DNA from: Candidatus Saccharimonadota bacterium | GTDB taxonomy: Bacteria > Patescibacteriota > Saccharimonadia > Saccharimonadales > JACDBH01 | Direction: 5' to 3' | NCBI GenBank assembly: GCA_028289135.1 | Contig: JAQGGW010000007.1 | Location: forward strand, 2,300 to 66,299 | Length of the DNA: 64,000 nucleotides | Shown: positions 1 through 8,390 of the stretch, in pieces | Numbering within the stretch: position 1 is the first letter of the stretch | Layout: every line of letters starts with the position of its first letter | The notes under the pieces: generated by a model | Databases searched by the model: none | Told to the model about the DNA's origin: nothing | Seen by the model: only the letters and a program-made list of their open reading frames with translations | Translations under genes and position numbers: made by a program

Positions 1-201
1 AGCGGCAAGCCTAAAATTATCATTGCCGACGAACCGACCGGAAACTTGGACAGCGCCAAAGGCGAAGAGATTATGACGCTTCTAAAGGGTCTTAACAAAG
101 ACGGCATTACCCTGCTAATTATTACCCACGACATGAATGTTGCCCGCCAAGCAAAAAGGGTGGTTGAAATCCGTGATGGCAAGATAACGGAGCGCCGCTA
201 A
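1..201 (+). CDS. ABC transporter ATP-binding protein, C-terminal fragment (MacB/LolD-like)
   Basis: Frame 1 is open from the window edge to TAA 199-201. The translation ...KIIIADEPTGNLD...LLIITHDMN... carries the Walker B/D-loop and H-loop of ABC ATPases. The FtsX permease gene starts 2 nt later. Confidence 0.85.
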   Translation, partial: SGKPKIIIADEPTGNLDSAKGEEIMTLLKGLNKDGITLLIITHDMNVARQAKRVVEIRDGKITERR

Positions 202-202
202 T

Positions 203-1624
203 ATGAAGCTTTTTGACTACATCCGATTGGCATTTAGAAATATCCGTAGGCAAAAACTCCGCAGCGCCCTAACAATTTTTGCCGTAGTTATTGGTGCTAC
301 CTCCGTAACTATCATGCTTTCACTCGTTACCGGAGCCAAAGGATTCTTTAAAAGCCAGGTGGAAAGCAGCGGCCTTTTGGAGCAGGTGGCCGTGTCGCCA
401 AAACAAGACATTACCGACTTTAACTCGGCCAACAACGGCGGCCAGTGTGATTCTTGTACCAAGCTAACAGATGCAATAGTCGAAAAGGTCAAAGCCGTAC
501 CGCACGTAATTGGCGTGGCCCGGCAGGTGCAGGACGGCAGTCTGGAAGCCATTACCTACAACGGCAAAAAGCTCAGCCTGCAGCGCACAACAGCCTACGA
601 CGCCAACGGTATTATTACCCGCAATATTTTGGCAGGCCGCGATTTGGCAGAAGCCGACAAAGACGGCGTGATTACCATAACCTCCGACTACGCTGACAAA
701 TTTGGATTTAAAGGAAACTACGCAGGGCTCATCGGCAAAGACGTAACTCTTTCGACGCGGGGTTTTTATAACGGGGTAGGGGCGGACATCCAGCCGCCGG
801 TGCAGTGCCAAGGGGCTTGCGACAACAATAACAATAACCCTGGGCAAAACCAAAAAGCCACCGTCTTTACGGCCAAAGTTGTGGGTATTACCGACACGAA
901 TGACAGCGACGCCACAGTACGGGTGCCGATCGACTGGGCGCGCGGATTCCAGACTATGCGGATGTATCAGCAGGATAAGGTTACGCAGGTAGATTGTTCC
1001 AAAGCCCGCGGGCCATGCAACCCGCCGCAGCCAACCTTTTCACTAGTTACGACTGACCAGCTGGCAATTAATGGTTACGCCAGCCTTATTGCCAAAGTAG
1101 ACAACAGCAAAAACGCGGCCGGCGTCTCAACCGAAATCAAAAAACTTGGTGTTGGAGCGGCAGACGCATCGGCTTCAATCAACCAGCAATTGACAGTATT
1201 TAACATCTTAGGATTAGTGCTGGGCGGCATCGGCGGCATCGCCATGGCGGTCGCGGCAATCGGCGTTGTTAACACCATGATTATGGCAATCTTGGAGCGG
1301 ACCCGTGAGATTGGTGTCATGCGCGCCGTTGGTGCCAAGCGCTCCACCGTGCGAAGCCTGTTTACCTTCGAAGCATCGATGCTTGGTTTCTGGGGCGGGG
1401 TATTTGGCGTTGCCATTGGCTTTGGCCTGACCCGTGTCGCTAACATTTTTGTGAATAAGCAGCTGGCATCACAGGGGCTAAAGGCCCACGACATTATTGG
1501 TCTGCCGGTGTGGCTTATTCTGGCCGTTGTCGGCATTTCTACCCTCATTGGTCTATTGGCTGGGCTTTACCCAGCATCACGCGCGGCCAAGCTTGACCCT
1601 GTTGAAGCGCTGCGATACGAATAA
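203..1624 (+). CDS. ABC transporter permease, FtsX/MacB family
   Basis: 473-aa ORF with an N-terminal TM helix, a large extracytoplasmic domain and a C-terminal multi-TM bundle. It ends ...AAKLDPVEALRYE, typical of MacB/LolCE-type permeases. Confidence 0.85.
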   Translation: MKLFDYIRLAFRNIRRQKLRSALTIFAVVIGATSVTIMLSLVTGAKGFFKSQVESSGLLEQVAVSPKQDITDFNSANNGGQCDSCTKLTDAIVEKVKAVPHVIGVARQVQDGSLEAITYNGKKLSLQRTTAYDANGIITRNILAGRDLAEADKDGVITITSDYADKFGFKGNYAGLIGKDVTLSTRGFYNGVGADIQPPVQCQGACDNNNNNPGQNQKATVFTAKVVGITDTNDSDATVRVPIDWARGFQTMRMYQQDKVTQVDCSKARGPCNPPQPTFSLVTTDQLAINGYASLIAKVDNSKNAAGVSTEIKKLGVGAADASASINQQLTVFNILGLVLGGIGGIAMAVAAIGVVNTMIMAILERTREIGVMRAVGAKRSTVRSLFTFEASMLGFWGGVFGVAIGFGLTRVANIFVNKQLASQGLKAHDIIGLPVWLILAVVGISTLIGLLAGLYPASRAAKLDPVEALRYE

Positions 1625-1789
1625 ACCCAGATCTTATACATTGCACATCTTGGGCCAAAACCTGTGTCAAAAGTTCTCACTATATGTTAAATACGGCTCA
1701 AACTTTGTGCTCGGTTTTGACTCCAAGCTGCACTAATGTATGAAGATCTGGCAGCCTCATTGCTTAGATAAAAGTAAATAATCGTAAGC

Positions 1790-1818
1790 TTGCAAAAATA
1801 GCAAATCTGTGCTATTGT
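1790..1818 (+). promoter_or_regulatory. sigma70-type promoter
   Basis: TTGCAA (1790-1795), 17 nt, TATTGT (1813-1818), preceded by TG at 1810-1811. It lies 24 nt upstream of ATG 1842. Confidence 0.5.
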
Positions 1819-1841
1819 TAAAGTGTTAAATAAACACAAAT

Positions 1842-2453
1842 ATGGCAAGAATTTTTACAGAAACACGGCGTGAAGCGCGCCAGGAAAAATCTATAAACAA
1901 GAAGCTCACTAAGCTAGCAACTTCGCATGGCTTGGAACTTTCGGACGACCGCTTAGCCCATTTAACAGATAATGCCAAGAGATTCCAAGACTTACAGTTG
2001 AGCGGCAGAGGCCGACGTGTTAGTTTTGTGCAAGATGGTATAGGCATTGACCCCCAAGTAAGCTTCAAAAGCTGGGAAAGGGTATCCGCTATCGATTTTG
2101 CTCCAACCATCGCTGAAGGAGTTAGGGCCACTAAACAGCAACGCGCCTTAACTACCGAGCTGTCGCTTGACGTATTGCACGCATTGCAGGATTATACACT
2201 GCTCGTTGATGGCGGCTATATAGAAAAACCCACCCGTCTTGCCAATTATACAAATAAAGATATGAGCAAAGTTGCTGAACGTGTTGGGTTTGTTCCTTTG
2301 CCGCAGGCACCTGGTTTTATTAGTGCCGACTATGACGCTATGCAAGCAGCGCTGTTTTCACCCGAAACTTTCCGCGTTGAAGCTATGTTAATGCAGCGCC
2401 AAGAACGGCTTCAGTCTGCACTTGGTAACACTGCAGCGATTGGACAGGGTTAA
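1842..2453 (+). CDS. hypothetical protein
   Basis: 203-aa ORF behind a promoter-like motif. I recognised no family motif. Confidence 0.5.
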   Translation: MARIFTETRREARQEKSINKKLTKLATSHGLELSDDRLAHLTDNAKRFQDLQLSGRGRRVSFVQDGIGIDPQVSFKSWERVSAIDFAPTIAEGVRATKQQRALTTELSLDVLHALQDYTLLVDGGYIEKPTRLANYTNKDMSKVAERVGFVPLPQAPGFISADYDAMQAALFSPETFRVEAMLMQRQERLQSALGNTAAIGQG

Positions 2454-2457
2454 GATT

Positions 2458-2874
2458 ATGAGCCATACACATGAAGCACTTCGCTCACCAGTTGTAGAGA
2501 CTTTAGTTGAAGCTGCAATCCCTGAAAGCAGAGTGTATACAGTTGACGGCATTACCTTGCCAGATTTTGACCTTGACCTAGGTGTGTTATCACTTTTTAA
2601 AGACACACCTACTGATATTTTGGATGAGTTGTTTCAGGATGCTTATCCGGAGAATAAAAAAGATGCTCTTAATTCTGTTTCAGAGCAAGAACTAACTAAC
2701 CTTGCTGGGTTTGCTAACGAAAGTATTAGCGCAGATCATATTAAAAAAGCACAGCCAAACCAAACAGTATATATTGGTCCGCGCGCAATTCATCGCCGGC
2801 CAGCCCTTAAAGCAGGTGCTATGAGGCTTGGAATATTTTGTTTTATTGGCGTATCTGAATTAAACGATATCTAA
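2458..2874 (+). CDS. hypothetical protein
   Basis: The track ORF 2422..2874 is trimmed to ATG 2458 (MSHTHEALRS...), just after the upstream stop. No recognisable motif. Confidence 0.4.
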   Translation: MSHTHEALRSPVVETLVEAAIPESRVYTVDGITLPDFDLDLGVLSLFKDTPTDILDELFQDAYPENKKDALNSVSEQELTNLAGFANESISADHIKKAQPNQTVYIGPRAIHRRPALKAGAMRLGIFCFIGVSELNDI

Positions 2875-2905
2875 AAATCACCGGTTTTTGAGGGCCGGTG
2901 ATTTT
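2875..2905. terminator. bidirectional rho-independent terminator
   Basis: aaaatcaccgg (2875-2884) pairs with ccggtgatttt (2895-2905), with A- and T-tracts on either side. It sits between convergent genes. Confidence 0.7.
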
Positions 2906-2927
2906 ACTTTAAGGAATTTAGGGAGGG

Positions 2928-3464
2928 TTAGTTAGAAGTTGAGCTGGTGCTCGTCATGTCGGATGCTGGGGCTATGTCGCCGTCAGGTCCGCCGTGACCT
3001 CTATGACCGCCGCCATGAAGCATGTTGGCATATTCGGTTGGGATTTTGTTGTCGGATACCCATTTGTCGAATGCTGTTTTTTCGGCTTCTCTGGCGGCTT
3101 TGCGTTCGGCGGCTGTCATGGTGCTCATTTTGCCTCGATTGGCATCGCGTGTTGTTTGAAGCGACTTAAACTCAGCCACAATCGCATCGGATTGTGCCTG
3201 GGTGATTGTGCCCGCAGTTACGCCAGCTTTAAGCTTGGTTTGCAGCTTGGTAAGCCTTGAAGCTTCGTGGTCGGCACGGTTCTGGTCAAAGACCGCTTGG
3301 ACGTCCGCTTTTTTAAGGCCAAACTTGGCTGCAATTTTATCTACAATGCTGGTCTCGGTTGTGCCGGTGGTGCTGGTTGCAGCGTTTGCTACACCCACGC
3401 CCAATGCGCCAACGCCAATGGATGCCACCGTTGCGGCGACTAGTAATTTCTTTTTCATACTCAT
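2928..3464 (-). CDS. secreted hypothetical protein with His/Gly-rich C-terminus
   Basis: Signal peptide MSMKKKLLVAATVASIGVGALGVGVANA, a helical Ala/Lys/Thr-rich body, and the tail ...HGGGHRGHGGPDGD. Confidence 0.5.
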   Translation of the reverse strand: MSMKKKLLVAATVASIGVGALGVGVANAATSTTGTTETSIVDKIAAKFGLKKADVQAVFDQNRADHEASRLTKLQTKLKAGVTAGTITQAQSDAIVAEFKSLQTTRDANRGKMSTMTAAERKAAREAEKTAFDKWVSDNKIPTEYANMLHGGGHRGHGGPDGDIAPASDMTSTSSTSN

Positions 3465-3570
3465 GCATATCTCCTATTTATAGTTTGTACCACGCTAGCT
3501 TGTGGTAATAGGGACTATATATTCTCAGGGTGAGAATCAGCTGAGGCGAATATAGGAGAAAATACTAGGT

Positions 3571-3963
3571 TTAAGCAGTGGCTGGAGCGGTATCTTCTTG
3601 GTTGTCGATTTCTTGGACGCCGCTACGGACAAAATGTGAGGCGTAGGAGATTAGTGTGTAAAACAAGTAGTAGGCGCTAAAAGTTGCACCGGTCGACATT
3701 TGTACCATGGTGTGCGAGTCTTTAAAAATGTTATTGAACGGCGAGACAAACGGATCGGTAAAAATGGTAATTCCGCGGGAGAGCGGGCCGCCAACAAACA
3801 GCAGCGCAAATATAATACGTAGCGCAAGCCCAATAAGAAGTGTCGCGCTGGCGAAGGCAAAGATGGTGTAGGCTCTTTCGGCAAGGTCGAAATGATTTAT
3901 TTTGGGAATATTGAGGGACAAGGACTTTAGGTCATTTTCTGTCGACTGGACTGTATGTGCCAT
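3571..3963 (-). CDS. YggT-like integral membrane protein
   Basis: 130 aa with two hydrophobic helices. The segment ...ALRIIFALLF...TIFTDPFVSPF... resembles the YggT family core (TdP..P). SD aaggag lies 8 nt upstream of the ATG. Confidence 0.4.
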   Translation of the reverse strand: MAHTVQSTENDLKSLSLNIPKINHFDLAERAYTIFAFASATLLIGLALRIIFALLFVGGPLSRGITIFTDPFVSPFNNIFKDSHTMVQMSTGATFSAYYLFYTLISYASHFVRSGVQEIDNQEDTAPATA

Positions 3964-4102
3964 GGCGGGACTCCTTATGTGATGCGCATAAGTATTGCTT
4001 TAAACATAAAATTTTGCAGTAATCAAGCCCGCAGCTTGGCTGTAATAAAACCGACATTCTTATGTTTATGTATCTTGATTGATGGTTGTTAATGGCCTGG
4101 CT

Positions 4103-6940
4103 TTAGCGGTAGGCAGCTTGGAATTCTGGGCCGTTTTTAAAGCGGTAGTGCAGGTAGGCGAGGGCTAAGAGTCCAAAAAGCAGGCTCATTGCGACTGCGG
4201 AAAAAGCCATGGGGTGCGCGGCACTGACAGCGAGCAGGCCTTGTTTGGTGGAGCGTGCGGCGGCACTGAGGTTGGTGGTGGCTTCGCCCAGGACTTTGCC
4301 TGCTTTTGATTTTGTTTCGGGAGTTTGCTGCGGGGTCGTCTGTGGTTGCTGGGCCGTTTTTGACGCAGGGTTAACGTCTGTTAAAAGTGGATTATTTTGT
4401 GCGGTGTTTTCTGAAGGTTGGGTGCTGACGCCGGCAGTGATGTCGATGGCGGTTGGCTTTGGTGTGCCGCTGGCGGAGGTAGTGGTTGGGTTTTGGGGTA
4501 CAGGGTCTGGTGCCGGAGATGTGCTTGTTTGGCCGGAAGTTGTGGTTCCACTCGGAGTTGACGTGGCGGCAGGCGGCGGGCCGATGTTTGGGTCGCAGGC
4601 GTCGTCTTGGCCGTCTTTGTCAATGTCTTGGCCGCTGGCTGTAATCACTCCGCAGGCGGTTGGGTTGTCTGGATCCAAAACATCAACGGTTGTTGTGATA
4701 CTGACGGGTTGGTTGGTGACATCTTGGCCGTCGATTGTGACTGTTTGGGTGCCGGCCGTATCAGTTGGAATCTGGATGGTTATGTCACCATTATTGCCGG
4801 AAGTTATGCTGCCACTTGGGACTCCATTTGTGGTGATGGTGTAGGCTGTATTTGGCTGCAGGGCAAAGTCGTGGCCGCTAATTTTGGCGGTGGTTGGTTT
4901 GGCTTTGGCGACCGTTGGTTCGCTGGCTGTATTGGTTGCAATCCGCTTTATTGTGCGGCCGGTTTTTGGCACGTTTTTAAGTGCTGAATTTTCGTCGCTG
5001 ATGGGCGGCAGTGTGGCATTTGGGTTGTCTGGAATAATGCCTAGGTTGTTAGTTATATTTAGAATTTTTTGGGCGAGGAGGAACTGGCCGAAGGCGTTGG
5101 GGTGGAAACTTTCGTTGCCAATGACATGCATAATATCGCTGCCAGCCGTGAGGCCGTTCATGGCAATGCTGCCGGCAGTTGCTTCGCATAGGCGGTGGCC
5201 ATTGAAGGCGTCTTCGACGTCGGCGTAGTAGACTCCGGCTTGGGAGGCGGCGGTTTTTACCATGGCGTCGATGCGGCCGATGAGTTCTCCGGCAAAGGTT
5301 AGCTCGCTTTCGCTCATGTGGACGTTTGCGCCGCAGTTGCCGGTGCTCAGCGCAATTTGCGGGTAGCCAACTGCGTAAATCCGTGCACTATTTGGCGCGG
5401 CGGATTTGAGTTTTTTGTAAACATTTGTGAGCGTTGGAAGTTTGCTATCGACAGTTTTAAAAACTTCCAGCCGGTCTTCGTAGGTGGGGTAGCAGGTACC
5501 GGCATGGGCGCAGGATTTTACGAGCGGGCCAAAGTTTAGGTCGTTGCCGATGACGCTGAGGGTTATTAGTTGGGGCTGGTTTTCGGAGACGAATTTAATT
5601 TGTTTGCTGTAGCCTGGTAACCAGGCACCCAATCCATTCACCGCAGGCTGATATGTTGGCCTATACTGGTTATCTCGATCAGTTCTTATACCATCCTTAT
5701 CGATGCCGCTACCGCCACCCACGTTATATGTCATTGCTCCAGAACAAGCCACCGAATGGAAACTGTCAATGCTCAGCTTTTTAGCAATTAAGTATGGGTA
5801 AGAAAGGGTCGAAAGGTGGCATTTATTGTTATTGTCGTCTGTGCCAACTTCGTAACTCTGCGAGCCTTCGCCGGAGCTAAATGAATCACCCATACCAAGA
5901 TATTGCATGCCGGCAAGAGTTGTGCCGGGTGCTGCCAAGGCAAATTGGCCGGTTTTATAACTGCTGCTAATGTCGTATGAAGCATAAATCTTAAGCTGAT
6001 CGTTGGTTATAAAACGCATCTGTAAAATACTTCCCAGATCGCTGACTTTGCTTCTAAAATATGTGTCTAGATCTTGCGACTGGCAGTTAATTGGTTGGCC
6101 AATAACGCTTGGCACAGAGTCGCAGGTGCTGAGGTCAAAAATGCGAAAATAATGAAACGCTTTGGATGCTACAGCTACAAAACGCCCGTCGCCGCTTATG
6201 GCAATGCGTTCTGCCGAGCCAGTGCCGTCGCCATTTTCTAGCGAGACTTGAAAAGGCAGGACTTCCATGGTTTCTAGATTTATGCGCAAAATTCCGTGTC
6301 CAGGCGAATCGACTACAGCCCATTTGCCGTCGCTTGAGCCAACCATATTGTCTAGCAAAACCGGCAGCAAATTGCCGGCAGCATCGGTGATGGGGGTTTG
6401 GGTTACGGGCGTAACTTCGGCCCAGATTTTTCCATTCAGCGAACTGGTGTAGCGGATGGAACCCGTGAGTCGTGACAGCCAAACATAATTGCCAATGGCG
6501 GGTGCGCCGCTTTGGGTACTAACAAATACGTCGGAGCCGGGGAAGGCAAAAAACGGGTAAGGGCTGTGGTCAGGGTGGACGGTTTCGGCCACATACGGCG
6601 TACCCGGCACATCCATAAATCCATTATCCAAGACTTCGCCTGCAGTAGTGTCCAAAAAGCAGCCGCTAATCTGGCTTTCGCTATAAAGCAGCGGCGGGAT
6701 AATAGCGCCGTTTCGTTTTGTAAAGCTTAGGTTGCTGCAGTCGACGTTGCCGTGTTGGATAAAAGTGCTCGGCAACTGGTTGTCGGTTACGTTTGGATTT
6801 TGGGCCGCAAAAACCGGGTCGCCGATTGCAAACCAAGGTGATTGCGCAGGCGACGCCATGAGTTTGGCGGGCAAGGCAGAAAGGCCGCACAAAGCGGCCA
6901 AAAGCAGGATTCGTTGCAGGGTTGTTTTGCCACGCTTCAT
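4103..6940 (-). CDS. large secreted SGNH/GDSL-family hydrolase with Pro/Thr-rich stalk and C-terminal TM anchor
   Basis: 945 aa with a signal peptide (LLLAALCGLSALPAKLMA). SGNH blocks are GMGDSFSSGEG (block I), SVIGNDLNFG (block III) and ESFHPNAFG (block V, DxxH-like). A long T/P/S/Q-rich linker is followed by the terminal helix FSAVAMSLLFGLLALAYL. Confidence 0.7.
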   Translation of the reverse strand: MKRGKTTLQRILLLAALCGLSALPAKLMASPAQSPWFAIGDPVFAAQNPNVTDNQLPSTFIQHGNVDCSNLSFTKRNGAIIPPLLYSESQISGCFLDTTAGEVLDNGFMDVPGTPYVAETVHPDHSPYPFFAFPGSDVFVSTQSGAPAIGNYVWLSRLTGSIRYTSSLNGKIWAEVTPVTQTPITDAAGNLLPVLLDNMVGSSDGKWAVVDSPGHGILRINLETMEVLPFQVSLENGDGTGSAERIAISGDGRFVAVASKAFHYFRIFDLSTCDSVPSVIGQPINCQSQDLDTYFRSKVSDLGSILQMRFITNDQLKIYASYDISSSYKTGQFALAAPGTTLAGMQYLGMGDSFSSGEGSQSYEVGTDDNNNKCHLSTLSYPYLIAKKLSIDSFHSVACSGAMTYNVGGGSGIDKDGIRTDRDNQYRPTYQPAVNGLGAWLPGYSKQIKFVSENQPQLITLSVIGNDLNFGPLVKSCAHAGTCYPTYEDRLEVFKTVDSKLPTLTNVYKKLKSAAPNSARIYAVGYPQIALSTGNCGANVHMSESELTFAGELIGRIDAMVKTAASQAGVYYADVEDAFNGHRLCEATAGSIAMNGLTAGSDIMHVIGNESFHPNAFGQFLLAQKILNITNNLGIIPDNPNATLPPISDENSALKNVPKTGRTIKRIATNTASEPTVAKAKPTTAKISGHDFALQPNTAYTITTNGVPSGSITSGNNGDITIQIPTDTAGTQTVTIDGQDVTNQPVSITTTVDVLDPDNPTACGVITASGQDIDKDGQDDACDPNIGPPPAATSTPSGTTTSGQTSTSPAPDPVPQNPTTTSASGTPKPTAIDITAGVSTQPSENTAQNNPLLTDVNPASKTAQQPQTTPQQTPETKSKAGKVLGEATTNLSAAARSTKQGLLAVSAAHPMAFSAVAMSLLFGLLALAYLHYRFKNGPEFQAAYR

Positions 6941-7021
6941 ATCTGTAAAATCTTACGAATATTAAAGCATGCAAAACAGTATTACGCAATGTATATTTAA
7001 TTAGTAAAGCTTATGCTTTTA

Positions 7022-7540
7022 TTAATATATTGGGAAGCGAGACAAACTTCCGCAATACACGCCGGTGGAATAATCGTTCTGGGAATGATCACTATAGGAT
7101 ATGTTGCACGAGAGGTTTATGGATGTAAATTTAAAGTCTACGGAAAAATCATTTTTGCTATTAAAACTTTTATCGTTAATGTTGTCGGCGAAAATTGCTT
7201 TCTGAGACTTTAGTGATGTATACATTTTAACCAATACATCAGCCGATTCCTTGGCTGACTGGTTTGACGAGTAGACCAGGTTGACTGAGCATCCAAGTGA
7301 ACCGGTACTACTCTCAGGATTTGAGAATTGGCAGCCACGAGAAAAAGTGGTTTCAATGCCTTGGGCGCGCAAGTCGGCCGCTACTTTGTTAATGGCCACG
7401 GTGGCTTGGTCGTATTTGCGGCGTTCGATGTGGATGTAGCTGTATTTATAGACAAAAAAGCCCGCAATCAGCAGCAGGATGAGACTGCCGGCAATTTTTA
7501 ATCTCTTATAACCCTTTTTTGGTTTGGCAACTTGTTGCAT
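7022..7540 (-). CDS. membrane-anchored hypothetical protein
   Basis: 172 aa with an N-terminal TM (IAGSLILLLIAGFFVY) and an extracytoplasmic domain with Cys residues. Confidence 0.45.
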   Translation of the reverse strand: MQQVAKPKKGYKRLKIAGSLILLLIAGFFVYKYSYIHIERRKYDQATVAINKVAADLRAQGIETTFSRGCQFSNPESSTGSLGCSVNLVYSSNQSAKESADVLVKMYTSLKSQKAIFADNINDKSFNSKNDFSVDFKFTSINLSCNISYSDHSQNDYSTGVYCGSLSRFPIY

Positions 7541-7580
7541 GTTGCATTTATATAAACATTAGCGCTTATGAAAGGCAAGA

Positions 7581-8174
7581 TTATTTCTGCGTTAGGTCGC
7601 AAGGCGGCTGCTGGGCGAGAACAGCAAGATCTGGAGCCGAAATATCGGCATAGACGAAGTTGGCGAATTGGGTGATGCCTGGTGCGCCTTTTATCTTCGC
7701 CCACTCGGTGGAGGTTTTATATGTTTCATTATGTTCTGGGTGGGAAGTAATTTCGCGGCCATTAGTTATGCAGATTACTTCTGCTACAACACCTGGTGCA
7801 TAGGCGCCATTGCAGGTTTTATCTATTTGTGAGGTGCTAACGCCTGGGTAGACTTGGGTGTCGGCGTCGTGAATTGGGTCAAGATCGTCAAAGGTTAGTT
7901 TTGGTCCGCCAGTGTATAAAGGAGCGGGGGATATTGGGCAGTAGCTAGTTGGGCTGTTGCTTGTGGCATATGCGGTGCCGGTGCTGTTATCCTCGCCTGT
8001 TGTAACGACACCACCATTGACATTTTCGGATACCCTAACTGAGTTATTAGCGGTGGTTGGCGGGGTGTCGGATAGGCTGCCTTTGCCTTCGGATGCGCAG
8101 CCTGTAAGTGCTGCAAATGCAATGCCGAGGGCGAGAAAAGGGTGCTTTGAACGGCGTGTGGTAAATTCTGACAT
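7581..8174 (-). CDS. putative lipoprotein
   Basis: Start moved to ATG 8174, with SD aaaggag 5-6 nt upstream. MSEFTTRRSKHPFLALGIAFAALTGC carries a lipobox (LTG/C). Confidence 0.55.
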   Translation of the reverse strand: MSEFTTRRSKHPFLALGIAFAALTGCASEGKGSLSDTPPTTANNSVRVSENVNGGVVTTGEDNSTGTAYATSNSPTSYCPISPAPLYTGGPKLTFDDLDPIHDADTQVYPGVSTSQIDKTCNGAYAPGVVAEVICITNGREITSHPEHNETYKTSTEWAKIKGAPGITQFANFVYADISAPDLAVLAQQPPCDLTQK

Positions 8175-8390
8175 AAAAACTCCTTTAATATTCATTACCT
8201 TAACACTTTATTAAGGGGTTAGCGAATAAGCTATCTTACAGGAATTAGCACCTTACTTCGATAATCGAGCCCACAAACTGTGATATTTATCACACTTATG
8301 GGAAGGTAGTTGAATTTCTGTTCGTAAAGTTGTACAATATGTTTAGATACATACTTTACAATATGTTAAATACAGTATGTGGGAGCCAAC

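Noticed and set aside
4209-6965. Many 60-210-aa ORFs on the plus strand, and in alternative minus frames, inside the 945-aa hydrolase gene. Similar antisense ORFs occur inside pilB, pilT, atpA, atpD, the giant proteins and other long genes.
   Set aside because: They are fully nested in long ORFs that carry clear family motifs. Their translations are low-complexity or Arg/Cys/Trp-rich, as expected of out-of-frame reading. None has promoter or SD support.
7009-7026. gcttatgcttttattaat motif read as another plus-strand promoter.
   Set aside because: No plus-strand gene follows, since the neighbouring genes are on the minus strand. It is probably a chance occurrence of the common TTATGC string.
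8327-8370. Two direct repeats TACAATATGTT, 24 nt apart, considered as NrdR boxes or operators. The related acatattgt occurs near nrdR.
   Set aside because: They are not good 16-bp palindromes, and their spacing does not fit the 31-32-nt NrdR box phasing. They are more simply explained as -10-like TACAAT elements upstream of gene 8391.
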